A DNA stretch of 64,000 nt from Desulfurococcaceae archaeon (GCA_038824035.1 JAWBBW010000005.1:1-64000), one strand, 5' to 3'. Positions 9,120-20,089 are shown, counted from the stretch's first letter. Notes: generated by a model not told the origin, from the letters alone. A program made the numbers and translations.

Positions 9120-9172
9120 TTGTCACACCTCATTTATAGCCATCTATAATCATAGATTTGCCCAAATAGAGC

Positions 9173-9907
9173 TTGGTTGCCGGCTTCAAAGCCGGGGATA
9201 TGTCTATGCCGATAGATACTAAAAAATGGCGTATGAGAAAATTACTTTTCTGGAAAAGGATCTGGGAGGATCTAGAAATAGGGTACTTGGATAAAGACTT
9301 GATCCCAGTTCTACTATTGCTGAATAGAGAGAGCTCGATATACACCATGAGCAGTTGTAGTGGCAGAATCACTGTCAGCGACTCCACTACTCCTTGGAGT
9401 AGGAAAAACTCGACCATTATATTTAAGACCCACGTACCAGTGCCTAGTTCGACGATGAGTTTCATATACAAGATCCCTGTGTATAGTAATCTATGGGTTA
9501 ATGTCACGGGCCCTATAATACATTTATCTACACTAAATATCAAATCAGCAATAATGATCCTCAGGATCGCGAGAGAATGTGGATACAAACATAGTGGTAT
9601 AATGCATGTCAGTAGATCTAAAGGCATAATATTAGAGCTCGCCACAGGTGTTTACCTGACGCAACTCGTTAAGACAAAAAATACGGTATTAATAGACTCA
9701 CAGGGGTTCGATGAATTTATCAAAACACTTAACAACGTGCTAATAGAGGGTAAAAAGAGGTTGCAGAAATTATATGAGAGATTATCCGAGGAATTGCCGT
9801 GGGAACTAGATATTGAGATAGACAAGGATATTCCGAAAAGGATTAAAGAAGACCTGGGGACACCACTTGATATATTCGAGAGAATGAAAAAAGAAACACT
9901 TATATAA
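9173..9907 (+). CDS. taw3: tRNA wyosine methyltransferase TYW3/Taw3
   Basis: YLDKDL, YTMSSCSGRI, PIIHL, GYKHSGI; true start probably slightly downstream. Confidence 0.88.
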   Translation: MVAGFKAGDMSMPIDTKKWRMRKLLFWKRIWEDLEIGYLDKDLIPVLLLLNRESSIYTMSSCSGRITVSDSTTPWSRKNSTIIFKTHVPVPSSTMSFIYKIPVYSNLWVNVTGPIIHLSTLNIKSAIMILRIARECGYKHSGIMHVSRSKGIILELATGVYLTQLVKTKNTVLIDSQGFDEFIKTLNNVLIEGKKRLQKLYERLSEELPWELDIEIDKDIPKRIKEDLGTPLDIFERMKKETLI

Positions 9908-9966
9908 AGTAAAGGATTTATTTCCCTTTTTACAAAATCTCATTACGCAAATATCGGGGGATTTTA

Positions 9967-10818
9967 ATGGTCAAGCCCGCTACGTTGTTTTACCTAGTAT
10001 CATTACTGTTAACAGTATACATAGTGATCCATACTTTGACATTGGCATTTTATCCACAATACATATATACTGGTGAGAGGGCTATAACCAAGGAGGAGAA
10101 ACCAAGCGAAGAGGATAGAATAGCGTTGACTGAGACAGATGAGATCTATCTTCCACTTCCCCGTAAGATTTCAAATCTCACAGTAGAGGAGGCAATCCTG
10201 TTTAGAAGAAGTATTCGGAGATATACAGAAGAGCCTGTCAAATTACTCGATTTAGCTATGATCCTGTGGGCTGCCTATGGTATTACCGAGACAAGACACG
10301 GGCTTCGGGCTTCTCCTAGTGCCGGTGCTACATATCCACTTGAAATATATGTGGTGATCGGTGCAAACGGAGTTTACGATGAAAAAATAGGCTTTTTAAC
10401 ACCTGGTATATATAGATATGATGTATTTAAACACTCGTTATTGTTTTTAAAAGAGGGTGATTTCAGAGACGAGTTATGCGATGCAGCACTTGGACAGGAG
10501 TGGGTTAGAAATGCGCCTGTGAACATAGTTATCACAGCCATATATGAGAGGACTACGAGGAGATATGGAGAACGTGGTAGAGAAAGATATGTACCTATGG
10601 AGGTCGGTCACGTTGGCCAGAACATATACCTAATGGCCACGGCATTGGGCTATGGAACAGTGGCCATTGGTGCTTTTATAGATGGGCGTGTTGCCGAGTT
10701 ATTAGATATAGATGTCGGCGAGGTACCGCTGTATATAATGCCTATTGGCGTCCCCGCGGAGCCTTATAGGATTACTTTCGAAGACATAGGAGACTTCATT
10801 CTCAGCAAAAGAGGGTGA
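9967..10818 (+). CDS. SagB/ThcOx-type nitroreductase-fold flavoprotein with N-terminal membrane anchor
   Basis: RRSIRRY, RASPSAGATYPLEIY, EVGHVGQNIYL..TALG.GTV.IGAF; hydrophobic first ~28 aa. Confidence 0.9.
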   Translation: MVKPATLFYLVSLLLTVYIVIHTLTLAFYPQYIYTGERAITKEEKPSEEDRIALTETDEIYLPLPRKISNLTVEEAILFRRSIRRYTEEPVKLLDLAMILWAAYGITETRHGLRASPSAGATYPLEIYVVIGANGVYDEKIGFLTPGIYRYDVFKHSLLFLKEGDFRDELCDAALGQEWVRNAPVNIVITAIYERTTRRYGERGRERYVPMEVGHVGQNIYLMATALGYGTVAIGAFIDGRVAELLDIDVGEVPLYIMPIGVPAEPYRITFEDIGDFILSKRG

Positions 10819-10825
10819 GTTTTCA

Positions 10826-11158
10826 ATGAAAAAACACAGGATTCTATATTTTTCTATTTTACTAGTTGAATTCACTTCCATACCTTTATTGCTACTTTGT
10901 TACATATATCTGTTAACTGGGTATCAAATAATTAATCCCCATCTTTCATTATTTCCCCGTGCATCAAGAGTTCATGGCGATGAAGCACTAAGACTACTAT
11001 TTCTCCTATTGGTAACAATACACTCCATAGCCGGGGTCTTATTGATGTGTGAAAGAAGAGTGAGGCCGAGGATTATTAGAATCATCGTAGAAGCCTTAGT
11101 GATAACCGTCTTAATAGCTATTGCAGCATTCTTGCTTACCCTGGACTTGATCTATTAA
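10826..11158 (+). CDS. Small 3-TM membrane protein with spaced histidines (cytochrome b anchor-like)
   Basis: LLTGY...RVH...TIHSIAG; three hydrophobic segments. Confidence 0.65.
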   Translation: MKKHRILYFSILLVEFTSIPLLLLCYIYLLTGYQIINPHLSLFPRASRVHGDEALRLLFLLLVTIHSIAGVLLMCERRVRPRIIRIIVEALVITVLIAIAAFLLTLDLIY

Positions 11159-11214
11159 ATACTTTATTTACTCCCTAATAATACATTGAACAGGGTTAAC
11201 AAGGGGATTGAATC

Positions 11215-11544
11215 ATGAATGACTTGATAAGCATAGATGAGTTCAGACGAATAGAGTTGAGAATAGGGTTAGTGAAATCCGCTGAAAAAGTAACTGGCAG
11301 TGAAAGGCTAATCAAGCTAACAATAGATCTAGGTGAACTAGGGGAGAGACAAGTAATAGCTGGTCTCGCTAAGTGGTATGAACCGAGTTATTTTGTTGGT
11401 AAATACGTAGTTGTAGTGGTTAATTTAAAGCCAAGAAGGCTCATGGGCATGGAAAGTCAAGGAATGATCCTGGCAACAGACACCGATCCACCTGTGTTAG
11501 TTACAGCTGAGAAACCCGTAAAACCTGGCTCAAGGCTGATATGA
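11215..11544 (+). CDS. tRNA-binding OB-fold protein (MetRS C-terminal/Trbp111/CsaA-like)
   Basis: ISIDEF..IELRIG, VNLKPR.LMG.ESQGMILA. Confidence 0.92.
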   Translation: MNDLISIDEFRRIELRIGLVKSAEKVTGSERLIKLTIDLGELGERQVIAGLAKWYEPSYFVGKYVVVVVNLKPRRLMGMESQGMILATDTDPPVLVTAEKPVKPGSRLI

Positions 11545-11604
11545 GCACTATAACTATCCCTTATAACTACTAGTTAATTATTTACGGGAAAAACAGCTTC
11601 ATAT

Positions 11605-12981
11605 TTAGCTCTTTTTCTTTTTCTCGAGATATCTCTTATACCATATCATTTTCGCGAGAGCGTTGACAGCTCTTTCCGGCGATGGAAAAGCCGGGATGCC
11701 ATGTCCATTGAGATAATCTATGGCCTCATATGTGTCTTTACCACCCACCATTGCCACCACTGTGGGTTTATTCACATGTTCTTCGCGATAGAGCTCGACA
11801 ATGGCTTTTGCTAAATCCCTTGGATCAAGTATGGCTGTCCTACAGTACAATATCACCATGTTGTCTATTTCCCTAGATTTAAGCGCTATTTTGATCGCCT
11901 TAACATAGTTGTCAACCCCCGCTTGACCGGTCAAGTCAACGGGGTTTTTCGGGCTACCAAACCACGGCATCGCTGTCCTGAACTCATCAATTAAAGCCGG
12001 ACTCGGATCAAGTAATTTGACATCATTCAACTCGGCAGCATCAGTGGCAAGTACACCTACTCCACCACCATTGGTTATTATTATAGTGTTTTCACCCACT
12101 GGTATAGGCTGTGATGCGAACGCCCGTGCGACATCAAACATCTCTTCGACTGTCACCACTCTTATTACGCCTGCTTGTTTGAATGCTACATCGTAGAGGG
12201 TATCGCTCCCCGCTAGGCTCCCCGTATGGCTTGCGACAGCCAGTGTCCCTCTACTGCTCCTACCAGCCTTGATCACTATTACTGGTTTCTTCTTGGTTAC
12301 CTCCGACATCTTATCAATAAATAACCTGCCACGTCCTGGTTTAATGCCTTCGAGGTAGATTGTTATGACTTTTGTATAGGGGTCATCAGCTAATAACTCC
12401 GATAACTCTATGACATCTATATCAGCCATGTTGCCAACACTGAATAGGGCCGATAAACCTATTTGATGCATTATCGTCCACCCCATCAACGCTATGCCCA
12501 ATGCGCCGCTTTGAGATATGAATGCTATATTGCCTTTCGCTATTTCAAGAGGGCCGAAGGTCGCGTTTATGTTTAAAGGCGTGTAGGCGTAACCGAATAT
12601 ATTAGGACCAAGGATCCTTAGCCCATAACTTCTCGCTATCTTCACTATTTTCTCCTCTAACTCGATATTACCTACCTCCGCGAAACCTGAGGTTATCAAC
12701 ACCGCTACCTTAACGCCCTTTTTACCGCATTCCTCTATCACGTCTGGAACATTGTTAGCGGGGACAGCTATTACTGCGACATCTATGTCATCCGGCACAG
12801 CTAATACACTGGGATAGGCTTTTAATCCAAGTATCTCATCTGCACCTGGGTTTATCGGGTATATCCTACCCTTGTAGCCATATTCTACCAAGTTTTTCAA
12901 TATCACGTGGCCTATTTTACCCGGGCTTCTACTAGCCCCCACCACAGCTATACTCCTTGGTTCAAGCAGGGCTCTTATCAA
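11605..12981 (-). CDS. acdA: ADP-forming acetate/acyl-CoA synthetase alpha subunit
   Basis: PRSIAVVGAS, GPN..G, SQSGALG, SHTGSLAG (phospho-His), NPVDLTG. Confidence 0.9.
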   Translation of the reverse strand: MIRALLEPRSIAVVGASRSPGKIGHVILKNLVEYGYKGRIYPINPGADEILGLKAYPSVLAVPDDIDVAVIAVPANNVPDVIEECGKKGVKVAVLITSGFAEVGNIELEEKIVKIARSYGLRILGPNIFGYAYTPLNINATFGPLEIAKGNIAFISQSGALGIALMGWTIMHQIGLSALFSVGNMADIDVIELSELLADDPYTKVITIYLEGIKPGRGRLFIDKMSEVTKKKPVIVIKAGRSSRGTLAVASHTGSLAGSDTLYDVAFKQAGVIRVVTVEEMFDVARAFASQPIPVGENTIIITNGGGVGVLATDAAELNDVKLLDPSPALIDEFRTAMPWFGSPKNPVDLTGQAGVDNYVKAIKIALKSREIDNMVILYCRTAILDPRDLAKAIVELYREEHVNKPTVVAMVGGKDTYEAIDYLNGHGIPAFPSPERAVNALAKMIWYKRYLEKKKKS

Positions 12982-13029
12982 AAATAATCACCATTTAGTG
13001 TGAGAAAAATATCAAAGTAATAAATTTTT

Positions 13030-13662
13030 TTAATTGTTTATCCATATATCCTCATAACGTTCGTAATTCATGTTCTCGAAAACAAATTCATCATTGGCAT
13101 TACATATTAACACGCCGGCATAGCCTAGCCTCGCGCTACCTGGTGAATACAGGTTTCCACTACTACATGGCATAGAAGAGTTACCCATGACCACGACACG
13201 GGGTCTATAATAGTCAATGAAACGATCCACCGTGTCAACCCCCTTGCCACCACAAGTGTATTTGCGGCCTTGCATATAAGATATCAACACATCTATATCC
13301 CCAAAACCACGGCTTAAGCCATGAGAAGAGAGCCCTAGGCCAGCAATTACAAGTCTTCCAAGATTCACTATTTTACCACTTATAAATCCTCCCTTGGATT
13401 TCAATTCAGTGATCACAGGGTATCCATCAAGCCTACCATCTACGCCGAGCACTTTTATCCCACATACCTCGCTGAGCCATTTAACCACGTTGGGGGATAT
13501 GATATCCCCCAGCAATACAATCGCATCTATCTTGTTTTTCTTGGACACATAACATGAAAACCTTGCCAGTGTTTTCATACCATATAATTCATACATGATC
13601 AATAGTTTCAACGTATCAGCCCTATTCGATGTAATATAATCTGCCAGGATATTCTCTTCCAC
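13030..13662 (-). CDS. Degenerate calcineurin-like (Icc) metallophosphoesterase-fold protein
   Basis: DAIVLLGDI retained; GNHD position reads GRLD; GHxH position reads GNSS; SPGSARLG. Confidence 0.55.
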   Translation of the reverse strand: MEENILADYITSNRADTLKLLIMYELYGMKTLARFSCYVSKKNKIDAIVLLGDIISPNVVKWLSEVCGIKVLGVDGRLDGYPVITELKSKGGFISGKIVNLGRLVIAGLGLSSHGLSRGFGDIDVLISYMQGRKYTCGGKGVDTVDRFIDYYRPRVVVMGNSSMPCSSGNLYSPGSARLGYAGVLICNANDEFVFENMNYERYEDIWINN

Positions 13663-14611
13663 CTATCAACACTCTACAAGCACCAAGTTGGTCACTACAT
13701 TGTAATAATCCCTCCACGATAAATATTCCTCCTTCATATAAACCAGGGATGTAAAGCGCTTCAAAACTAAGCACTTCCACAATGTCATATGGAATATCCA
13801 CACTTGACTGGCCAACTATCCTATAACTTAATACCTTTCCCATTGATGGGTAATTTAAACCATCCACGCTTTTATCTAATTCAACTTCAATGCATATCGA
13901 CCCTAGTGTTTTGAATGGGGGTTTCAATGCCATATCCTCGTATACACCATTATTATATATAATGGAGTATTCCCTGTTCATGTATATACCTCTTCTCCAA
14001 TTTCTATAGAACCTTAATACTTGTTGCTTACTGAGCCCCGTTGCCTTGGAATTGGCTTCTATCCATTTTTCAAGCCTAGCTCCATTGAATGGCTTATAAA
14101 TTTCCTTGTTTTCACGAATATACTCCACTATATCCATGGATTGCCTAGTACCGTAAACCACTACATCGATATCGCTGATATCTGGGTTATGTATACCGAT
14201 GAGCAGTGATCCCGTTATACCTATGTTCTCGCCGTGCCCTGTGTCACGCCATATTTCCGATATCAAATACAGTGCTGTTTTCTCTAAGTTGTCGTTTACC
14301 TTGTTAAATAAGCTACGTGCTCTCTCCAGGGGGTTATGAACCTTGTCCACATCTATCATCGAGATACATGGTACAAGTGCATCGAAGAAATGAACGTAGA
14401 TCTTGTGTGATGTAGATGCGTGGACAGAATCAGCGTTATAGGTCTTAACTATTCGCTCATAACATGTGTTTTGATCGCACCAAGTGGTGTTCAAACGACT
14501 TGGGCAGTATTTAATATACCCCAGTATATTGGAACTTGTATGCATATTTCCAACTACTGTTGCAAAACACCTGTTACGTAGTTTTAAATAGAAATGATCC
14601 AACACTTGCAT
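13622..14611 (-). CDS. Pol-beta-superfamily nucleotidyltransferase (COG1665-like)
   Basis: GITGSLLIGIHNPDISDIDVVVYG (hG[GS]...DxD). Confidence 0.8.
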   Translation of the reverse strand: MQVLDHFYLKLRNRCFATVVGNMHTSSNILGYIKYCPSRLNTTWCDQNTCYERIVKTYNADSVHASTSHKIYVHFFDALVPCISMIDVDKVHNPLERARSLFNKVNDNLEKTALYLISEIWRDTGHGENIGITGSLLIGIHNPDISDIDVVVYGTRQSMDIVEYIRENKEIYKPFNGARLEKWIEANSKATGLSKQQVLRFYRNWRRGIYMNREYSIIYNNGVYEDMALKPPFKTLGSICIEVELDKSVDGLNYPSMGKVLSYRIVGQSSVDIPYDIVEVLSFEALYIPGLYEGGIFIVEGLLQCSDQLGACRVLIGGREYPGRLYYIE

Positions 14612-14618
14612 GTAAAGC

Positions 14619-15809
14619 CTACGCCCTTGGATATATAGTGGTCTCTGGCAGTTCCCTCAGTTGTTCCAATACATATGACCTCGTCTTATCTATGCTAGGT
14701 GGTTTGATCAGCAGTTCTCCATTTTCAATATATTTCATCAATAGGGGCGAAAATCCTTCTGGTATATCTCCGGGTTTATCCAGCAACGTCACTATATCAT
14801 TTAACCCAGGGCGTTTTCTATAAACTTGTTTAGCACCTGGTAATTTACCCCGCTTTGTTATGGGTTTCCACTCGTTATCCTCGAAAACCTCCACAATATC
14901 AGCACTTATATCCACACTTGGAGGCATGGTTATACTGGTTCCAACACCGAACCCATCAACTATGTCCCTTAACCTTATGATCTCCTCTTCATCGATGCCC
15001 CCGCTAACAAAGATCTTTACATTTTTAAATCCATGTATATTTAGGGTCCAGCGAACTTCCTCGACAATGGCCTTAATATCGCCTCTCCTGCTACTAGGGG
15101 TATCTAGTCTGACACCGTAGAGGCGGTCCTTTAAAGCCATGGCCGCCATTAATGCTTCCTCTCTCTCATCATAAAATGTATCCACTAGCATTATCCTGGG
15201 GACATCGTGACCCATGACCTCGTCGAATGCTTTCCAAGCCGATATCTGGTCTCCAAATACTATGATCAGCGCGTGCGGCATTGTTCCCATGGGCTTTAAT
15301 CCTAAATATTTTTCGCTTAAAACGCCGGAAACAGCGTCTAAGCCACCGATATATGCAGCTCTATCCAACATAGGGGCTAGAGCTGGGTGAGCTGCCCGGA
15401 TCCCGAAGAAGAGCACTGTCTTATCCATTGCTAATCTCTTAATCCTAGCTGCTTTTGACGCCACACTTGTGTAATGTCTTAGTATCCCTAGAATAGGTGT
15501 CTCATAGACCGCGAAATCATCGTAATACCCCTCGATTATCAATAATGGTTCACCTTGTTTAAACAAGGTCCCTTCGGGAATCGAATACACTGTAACGGGT
15601 TTATCTTTCAATAAGTATAAAACCTCCTCGAGGCCGGCGTACACGGCCCATTCATATCCCTTTGGAAGTTTCATTACATGGAACTCCATTCGAACTTTTT
15701 TCCTAATATTCTTTTTCCTCAGGATATCAACTGTTCTAAGGAAATATATGTCCGTCGCCTTTCCATTCAAAATCTCATCTTCACTTGCTATGTAAAACCT
15801 CATCTTCAT
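14619..15809 (-). CDS. pncB: Nicotinate phosphoribosyltransferase
   Basis: [42 protein letters not shown]. Confidence 0.92.
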   Translation of the reverse strand: MKMRFYIASEDEILNGKATDIYFLRTVDILRKKNIRKKVRMEFHVMKLPKGYEWAVYAGLEEVLYLLKDKPVTVYSIPEGTLFKQGEPLLIIEGYYDDFAVYETPILGILRHYTSVASKAARIKRLAMDKTVLFFGIRAAHPALAPMLDRAAYIGGLDAVSGVLSEKYLGLKPMGTMPHALIIVFGDQISAWKAFDEVMGHDVPRIMLVDTFYDEREEALMAAMALKDRLYGVRLDTPSSRRGDIKAIVEEVRWTLNIHGFKNVKIFVSGGIDEEEIIRLRDIVDGFGVGTSITMPPSVDISADIVEVFEDNEWKPITKRGKLPGAKQVYRKRPGLNDIVTLLDKPGDIPEGFSPLLMKYIENGELLIKPPSIDKTRSYVLEQLRELPETTIYPRA

Positions 15810-16222
15810 TCACCCATGATTATCACTATCAACTCCCTGTTTCGACGTGGCCCATCCATCTCGACTAGGAATATGTTTTGCCACGTCCCCCTTACGAGTT
15901 TCCCATTTATGATTGGGAAAACCCTATCGGTTCCAAACAACGCCGAGGCTATGTGGGCGTGTGCATTATCATCTATTGCATTGTGTTTCCATTTAACACT
16001 ACCGGGCTCAGTGAACTCTTTGACTTTGTTGAGTATATCCTCCATGAGCCCTTTCTCATGTTCATTAACCACTAGACACGCTGTGGCATGTGGTGTGTAT
16101 ACTAATACTATTCCGTTTTTGACGCCAGACCTCTCGACGAGGTCTTCGATCATCGCTGTTACATCGATTAGCTGAAATCTATCAGTAGACGAGAGTTTTA
16201 AAACATTGTGAACAATTTTCAC
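15806..16222 (-). CDS. YjbQ/UPF0047 family protein
   Basis: [30 protein letters not shown]. Confidence 0.93.
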   Translation of the reverse strand: MKIVHNVLKLSSTDRFQLIDVTAMIEDLVERSGVKNGIVLVYTPHATACLVVNEHEKGLMEDILNKVKEFTEPGSVKWKHNAIDDNAHAHIASALFGTDRVFPIINGKLVRGTWQNIFLVEMDGPRRNRELIVIIMGE

Positions 16223-16323
16223 TTATGAACACCTGATTCACGGGCTTCAAGCTAATCATAATACTAACTACATGCATATTTATTAATATGGATATTTCTC
16301 TTATATTCTTAGGTAAAAATTAG

Positions 16324-16905
16324 GTGTCGGCCTTGAGCGATGAGTGGTGGTATAGGAGAAGGAGAAGGTCCTGGGAAGATGACTTGTGGTGGGAGCTGGA
16401 TAGAATATTCGAGGACATGGAGAGAATGTTCAGGGAGTTGACAAGGAGATTTTTCGAGTTGACGCCTGAGAGAGTGAGAGAGTTCGAGAGAGAGTTCGAG
16501 AAAATGGGTATAAAGCCATATGTATATGGTTTCAGCATAACAATAGGGCCTGATGGACGGCCGATAATACAGGAATTTGGGAATATTAAGAAAATCCGTG
16601 GAAAGCCAATCATTTCAGAGGAAAGAGAGCCTTTAGTTGATGTATTTGAAACAGCCGATGAGGTGACGGTGATAGCCGAGATCCCTGGTGTTGAGAAAGA
16701 GAAAATAGATCTCAAGGTATCCGAAGATGGTAAAACATTGATCATAAATGCTAGCAACGAGAAAAGGAAATATTTCAAAGAAGTAGAGTTACCGGCCAGG
16801 GTGGATCCCTCGTCAGCCACTGCATCATATAAGAACGGGGTTTTGGAGGTAAAGTTAAAGAAATCGGAGAGAGGGGGTAAAGGAGTTAAAATAAAAGTAG
16901 AGTAA
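16324..16905 (+). CDS. hsp20: Small heat shock protein Hsp20
   Basis: PYVYGFSITIGPDG.P, REPLVDV, AEIPGV, ASYKNGVLEV, C-terminal IKVE. Confidence 0.95.
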   Translation: MSALSDEWWYRRRRRSWEDDLWWELDRIFEDMERMFRELTRRFFELTPERVREFEREFEKMGIKPYVYGFSITIGPDGRPIIQEFGNIKKIRGKPIISEEREPLVDVFETADEVTVIAEIPGVEKEKIDLKVSEDGKTLIINASNEKRKYFKEVELPARVDPSSATASYKNGVLEVKLKKSERGGKGVKIKVE

Positions 16906-16939
16906 AATCCCTTAATACATCGACGAGGTTATCTATGTA

Positions 16940-17464
16940 ATGATAATCGGTGTTATTAGCGATAGCCATGATAATATATATGCATTGAGAAACGTGTTGA
17001 GATCGCTTGTCGAGAAAGGTGTCGAAGAGATAATACACCTGGGGGATATCATAAGTCCTTTCACTGTAAAGCTCATGTATGAATTATTGAGGGATAGTAA
17101 AATACCCGTAACAGCGATCAAAGGCAACAATGATGGAGACATACACTTGTTGACCAGTTTGTTTAACAAATATGAATGGGTTTTCAAGACAGAGCCCTCT
17201 GTTATAACCATTGAAAACCGCAAATTACTAATATTACATGGATTCGATGGGGCTGATTTCACAGATGGCGTTTCCCACGCATTAGCTACATCGCTTGATG
17301 TGGATGCCGTTCTATATGGACATACACATAGACCTGTATTGAAACAGATAGATGGAAAATTGATATTGAATCCCGGTGAGGTATGTGGATACTTAACGGG
17401 CATGATCACATATAGCACACTTGACCTGAGCACGATGAAAGCGGAGATCTTTGAATATAAATAA
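16940..17464 (+). CDS. Metallophosphoesterase (YfcE/MJ0936-like)
   Basis: SDSHDN, HLGD, GNND, HG, GHTH, NPGE: all motifs intact. Confidence 0.92.
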   Translation: MIIGVISDSHDNIYALRNVLRSLVEKGVEEIIHLGDIISPFTVKLMYELLRDSKIPVTAIKGNNDGDIHLLTSLFNKYEWVFKTEPSVITIENRKLLILHGFDGADFTDGVSHALATSLDVDAVLYGHTHRPVLKQIDGKLILNPGEVCGYLTGMITYSTLDLSTMKAEIFEYK

Positions 17465-17478
17465 ACATGGAATAAACC

Positions 17479-18318
17479 ATGACAAGAGCAGAGATACCAT
17501 CTGATAAAGAGGGGGAACAATATCATTTGCGAATAAAGCCCGGAGATGTCAGCAAGTATGTCTTGTTACCAGGGGATCGAGGCAGGGTTCCTCAAATAGC
17601 CAGTTTATGGGATAAGTACTGGCTTATATCCCAACACAGGGAATATGTAACATATAGTGGTTACTACAAGGGGGTTTTCATAACAGCCACTAGCACAGGC
17701 ATAGGTGCCCCATCCACCGCAATTGCCATAGAAGAACTTGCGAGATGTGGAGCCAATACATTTATACGTGTGGGGACAACCGGTGCACTGAGAAAGGACA
17801 TATACATAGGCGATCTAGTGATCTCCACGGGCTCCGTCAGGCTGGATGGCACTAGCAAACAATATGTATGGCCAGAATACCCCGCTCTCGCGAGTTATGA
17901 GATCGTTTTGGCATTAATAGATGCGGCAGAAAGTTATGGTTTCAAATACCACGTTGGCATAACAGCTAGCAGTGATAGTTTCTATGTTGGCCAGGAAAGA
18001 CCTGGTTTTAATAATTATATACCTCCGTTTCAACGAGGCTTGGTAAGGTACTTGAGGGAGATCAACGTACTGAATTTCGAAATGGAGACATCGATCATCT
18101 TCACATTGACCAACATATATGGATTACGAGCGGGGGCCGTTTGTGCAGTGATCGCCAATAGGGAGAGAGGGGAATTCGTCGAAAACGCTGGTGTCGAGAA
18201 TGCCATAAAAGTGGGCAATGAAGCCATTAAAATACTGAGTGAATGGGATATGGAGGTTGCTGTGAGAAAGAGGAGATATATCACGCCGGATATAATTAGG
18301 TCTATAGGTAGGAAATGA
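17479..18318 (+). CDS. udp: Uridine phosphorylase / nucleoside phosphorylase
   Basis: QYHL, LLPGD..RV, STGIGAPS..IA.EEL, SSDSFY.GQER, NFEME. Confidence 0.88.
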   Translation: MTRAEIPSDKEGEQYHLRIKPGDVSKYVLLPGDRGRVPQIASLWDKYWLISQHREYVTYSGYYKGVFITATSTGIGAPSTAIAIEELARCGANTFIRVGTTGALRKDIYIGDLVISTGSVRLDGTSKQYVWPEYPALASYEIVLALIDAAESYGFKYHVGITASSDSFYVGQERPGFNNYIPPFQRGLVRYLREINVLNFEMETSIIFTLTNIYGLRAGAVCAVIANRERGEFVENAGVENAIKVGNEAIKILSEWDMEVAVRKRRYITPDIIRSIGRK

Positions 18319-18324
18319 TACACC

Positions 18325-19272
18325 ATGTCCAAGAGGCCTTATGTTCATATAAGTGTTGGCAATTTAAACATCGACATAGTGTTATACGTCCCTAGACAAC
18401 CCGGGCCAGATGAATCGGTTCTCGCATCGAAGATCGATATAAGGCCTGGCGGTGCCGCTACAAATTATGTTGTCGCTGTTAGTTATTATGGCCATAAATC
18501 ATATATATTGGCATCTGTATCGAATCATTACCTCGTGAAGGGATTCCTAAGACAATTAGAAGAAATGGGCGTGAATACCTCGCTCGTAAAGATAAGTGAG
18601 GGTTTTCCAGGATTAGCTGTGATCATTGTTTTACCGAATGGCTCGAGATCCATGGTTTTATTTAGAGGGGTTAACGAGAACATATCGATCAATCAACTGG
18701 ACAACAAGGTGCTTGAAAACGCCCATGTCCTACACATAGCATCGGTTGAACCATCCATTGCTAAAGAGTTCTTAGCGTTATCTAAGAGTAAAATGGTGAT
18801 CACAAGCTATGACCCCGGCGTTTACGCAAAAACGCATAGAAACGAATTACTCAAAGTGCTAAATTATGTCGATATATTGTTCTTAAACAAAACCGAGTAC
18901 AAAGAATTGTTCAAACAGAGAAGCATAGATGATGTTTTCGAGAAAGGCGTTAACTTAGTAGTGGTTAAAATGGGTTCTAAGGGCGCTGTAGTGCTTACTC
19001 CTGGGGAGTCGTATTATGGATTCTCCATGCCGATAAAAAAGCCCATTGACACTACAGGGGCTGGGGATGCTTTCAACGCATTTTTCAATTCCAAATACAT
19101 AGAATCCAAGGACATCGGACTAGCACTTCAATATGGTATCGCAGCCGGTACTTTGAAAACCAGTTGCTATGGTAGTTTCATGTGTTGGGACCCAGTTCTT
19201 TTTAAAGCACAATTAGAGAAAACAATTGTGGAGAGATCATTAGAAAGCCGCCTGGAGATCCTGAATGGATAG
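18325..19272 (+). CDS. PfkB/ribokinase-family sugar or nucleoside kinase
   Basis: PGGAATN; DTTGAGDAF. Confidence 0.92.
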   Translation: MSKRPYVHISVGNLNIDIVLYVPRQPGPDESVLASKIDIRPGGAATNYVVAVSYYGHKSYILASVSNHYLVKGFLRQLEEMGVNTSLVKISEGFPGLAVIIVLPNGSRSMVLFRGVNENISINQLDNKVLENAHVLHIASVEPSIAKEFLALSKSKMVITSYDPGVYAKTHRNELLKVLNYVDILFLNKTEYKELFKQRSIDDVFEKGVNLVVVKMGSKGAVVLTPGESYYGFSMPIKKPIDTTGAGDAFNAFFNSKYIESKDIGLALQYGIAAGTLKTSCYGSFMCWDPVLFKAQLEKTIVERSLESRLEILNG

Positions 19273-20089
19273 CGAAATTCAATTGATTAAAAATATCTTG
19301 TTCGTATTGCTCAATTACACCCTTGGACATGATTACATCGTTAACAGAGCCGATAAATCCTCCATAGACATAACTATACAAAATCCAGTGCTGAATAAAC
19401 AATATGGAAAGAGACTAACATATAGAGGAGATGTGATAAGCCTCATAATGCCTTTCTTTATATTCGATAGATCGATCATTCAATTATATGCCTCGCTCTC
19501 ATCGAAGATATCTAGCATCGAGCTCCTTAGGCCGATAATATATGTCTATGATTGTGATGCCTCAACTTTGAGTAATATAAGGCTATATAATATGTTGAGA
19601 TCTATGTTTAACCTCAACGTGGATAAGTCAACTGAGATCTCTATTATTGTCAATAAATTGCTCACTGCTTCCAAGAAAGCCAAGGAATATCGATCTAAGG
19701 AGCTGTCAGATGAAGAATACATTGAATATCAACACGTGATGGATGAAATAAATAGATGCATCAGGACATTAGAGAGATCTTTACCATACAGTAAATTACT
19801 CGAAGTGATCGACGCGGCAATGGAAATAATTGAGAACCAGGAAATAAAGCCAGAAGAATTGGGAAAAGTGATAAGCGAAATTACAGGCTTGTATGTCGTT
19901 GATTCCGATTTGCATAGAATAAGCGAGGTTCTTGGAGAGTGCCCACGCGATATAAGTGAAACATATGCAAGGTTAATTAAGAGGGTAAAAGGTAAGTTCA
20001 TAATTTTGATTCCGGAATATCTTGGATATATTATTGGTATGGATGTGACGCTGTTACCATGTGTTATTATCAGACAACACCACGAATGA
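19265..20089 (+). CDS. Hypothetical protein
   Basis: 274-aa ORF overlapping the kinase stop. Confidence 0.7.
   Translation: MDSEIQLIKNILFVLLNYTLGHDYIVNRADKSSIDITIQNPVLNKQYGKRLTYRGDVISLIMPFFIFDRSIIQLYASLSSKISSIELLRPIIYVYDCDASTLSNIRLYNMLRSMFNLNVDKSTEISIIVNKLLTASKKAKEYRSKELSDEEYIEYQHVMDEINRCIRTLERSLPYSKLLEVIDAAMEIIENQEIKPEELGKVISEITGLYVVDSDLHRISEVLGECPRDISETYARLIKRVKGKFIILIPEYLGYIIGMDVTLLPCVIIRQHHE

Noticed and set aside
16275-16290. CATATT-N4-AATATG inverted repeat upstream of hsp20
   Set aside because: Short and AT-only, so indistinguishable from divergent TATA boxes
16468-16502. GAGAGAGTTC tandem repeat in hsp20
   Set aside because: It encodes the ordinary low-complexity REFEREFE segment
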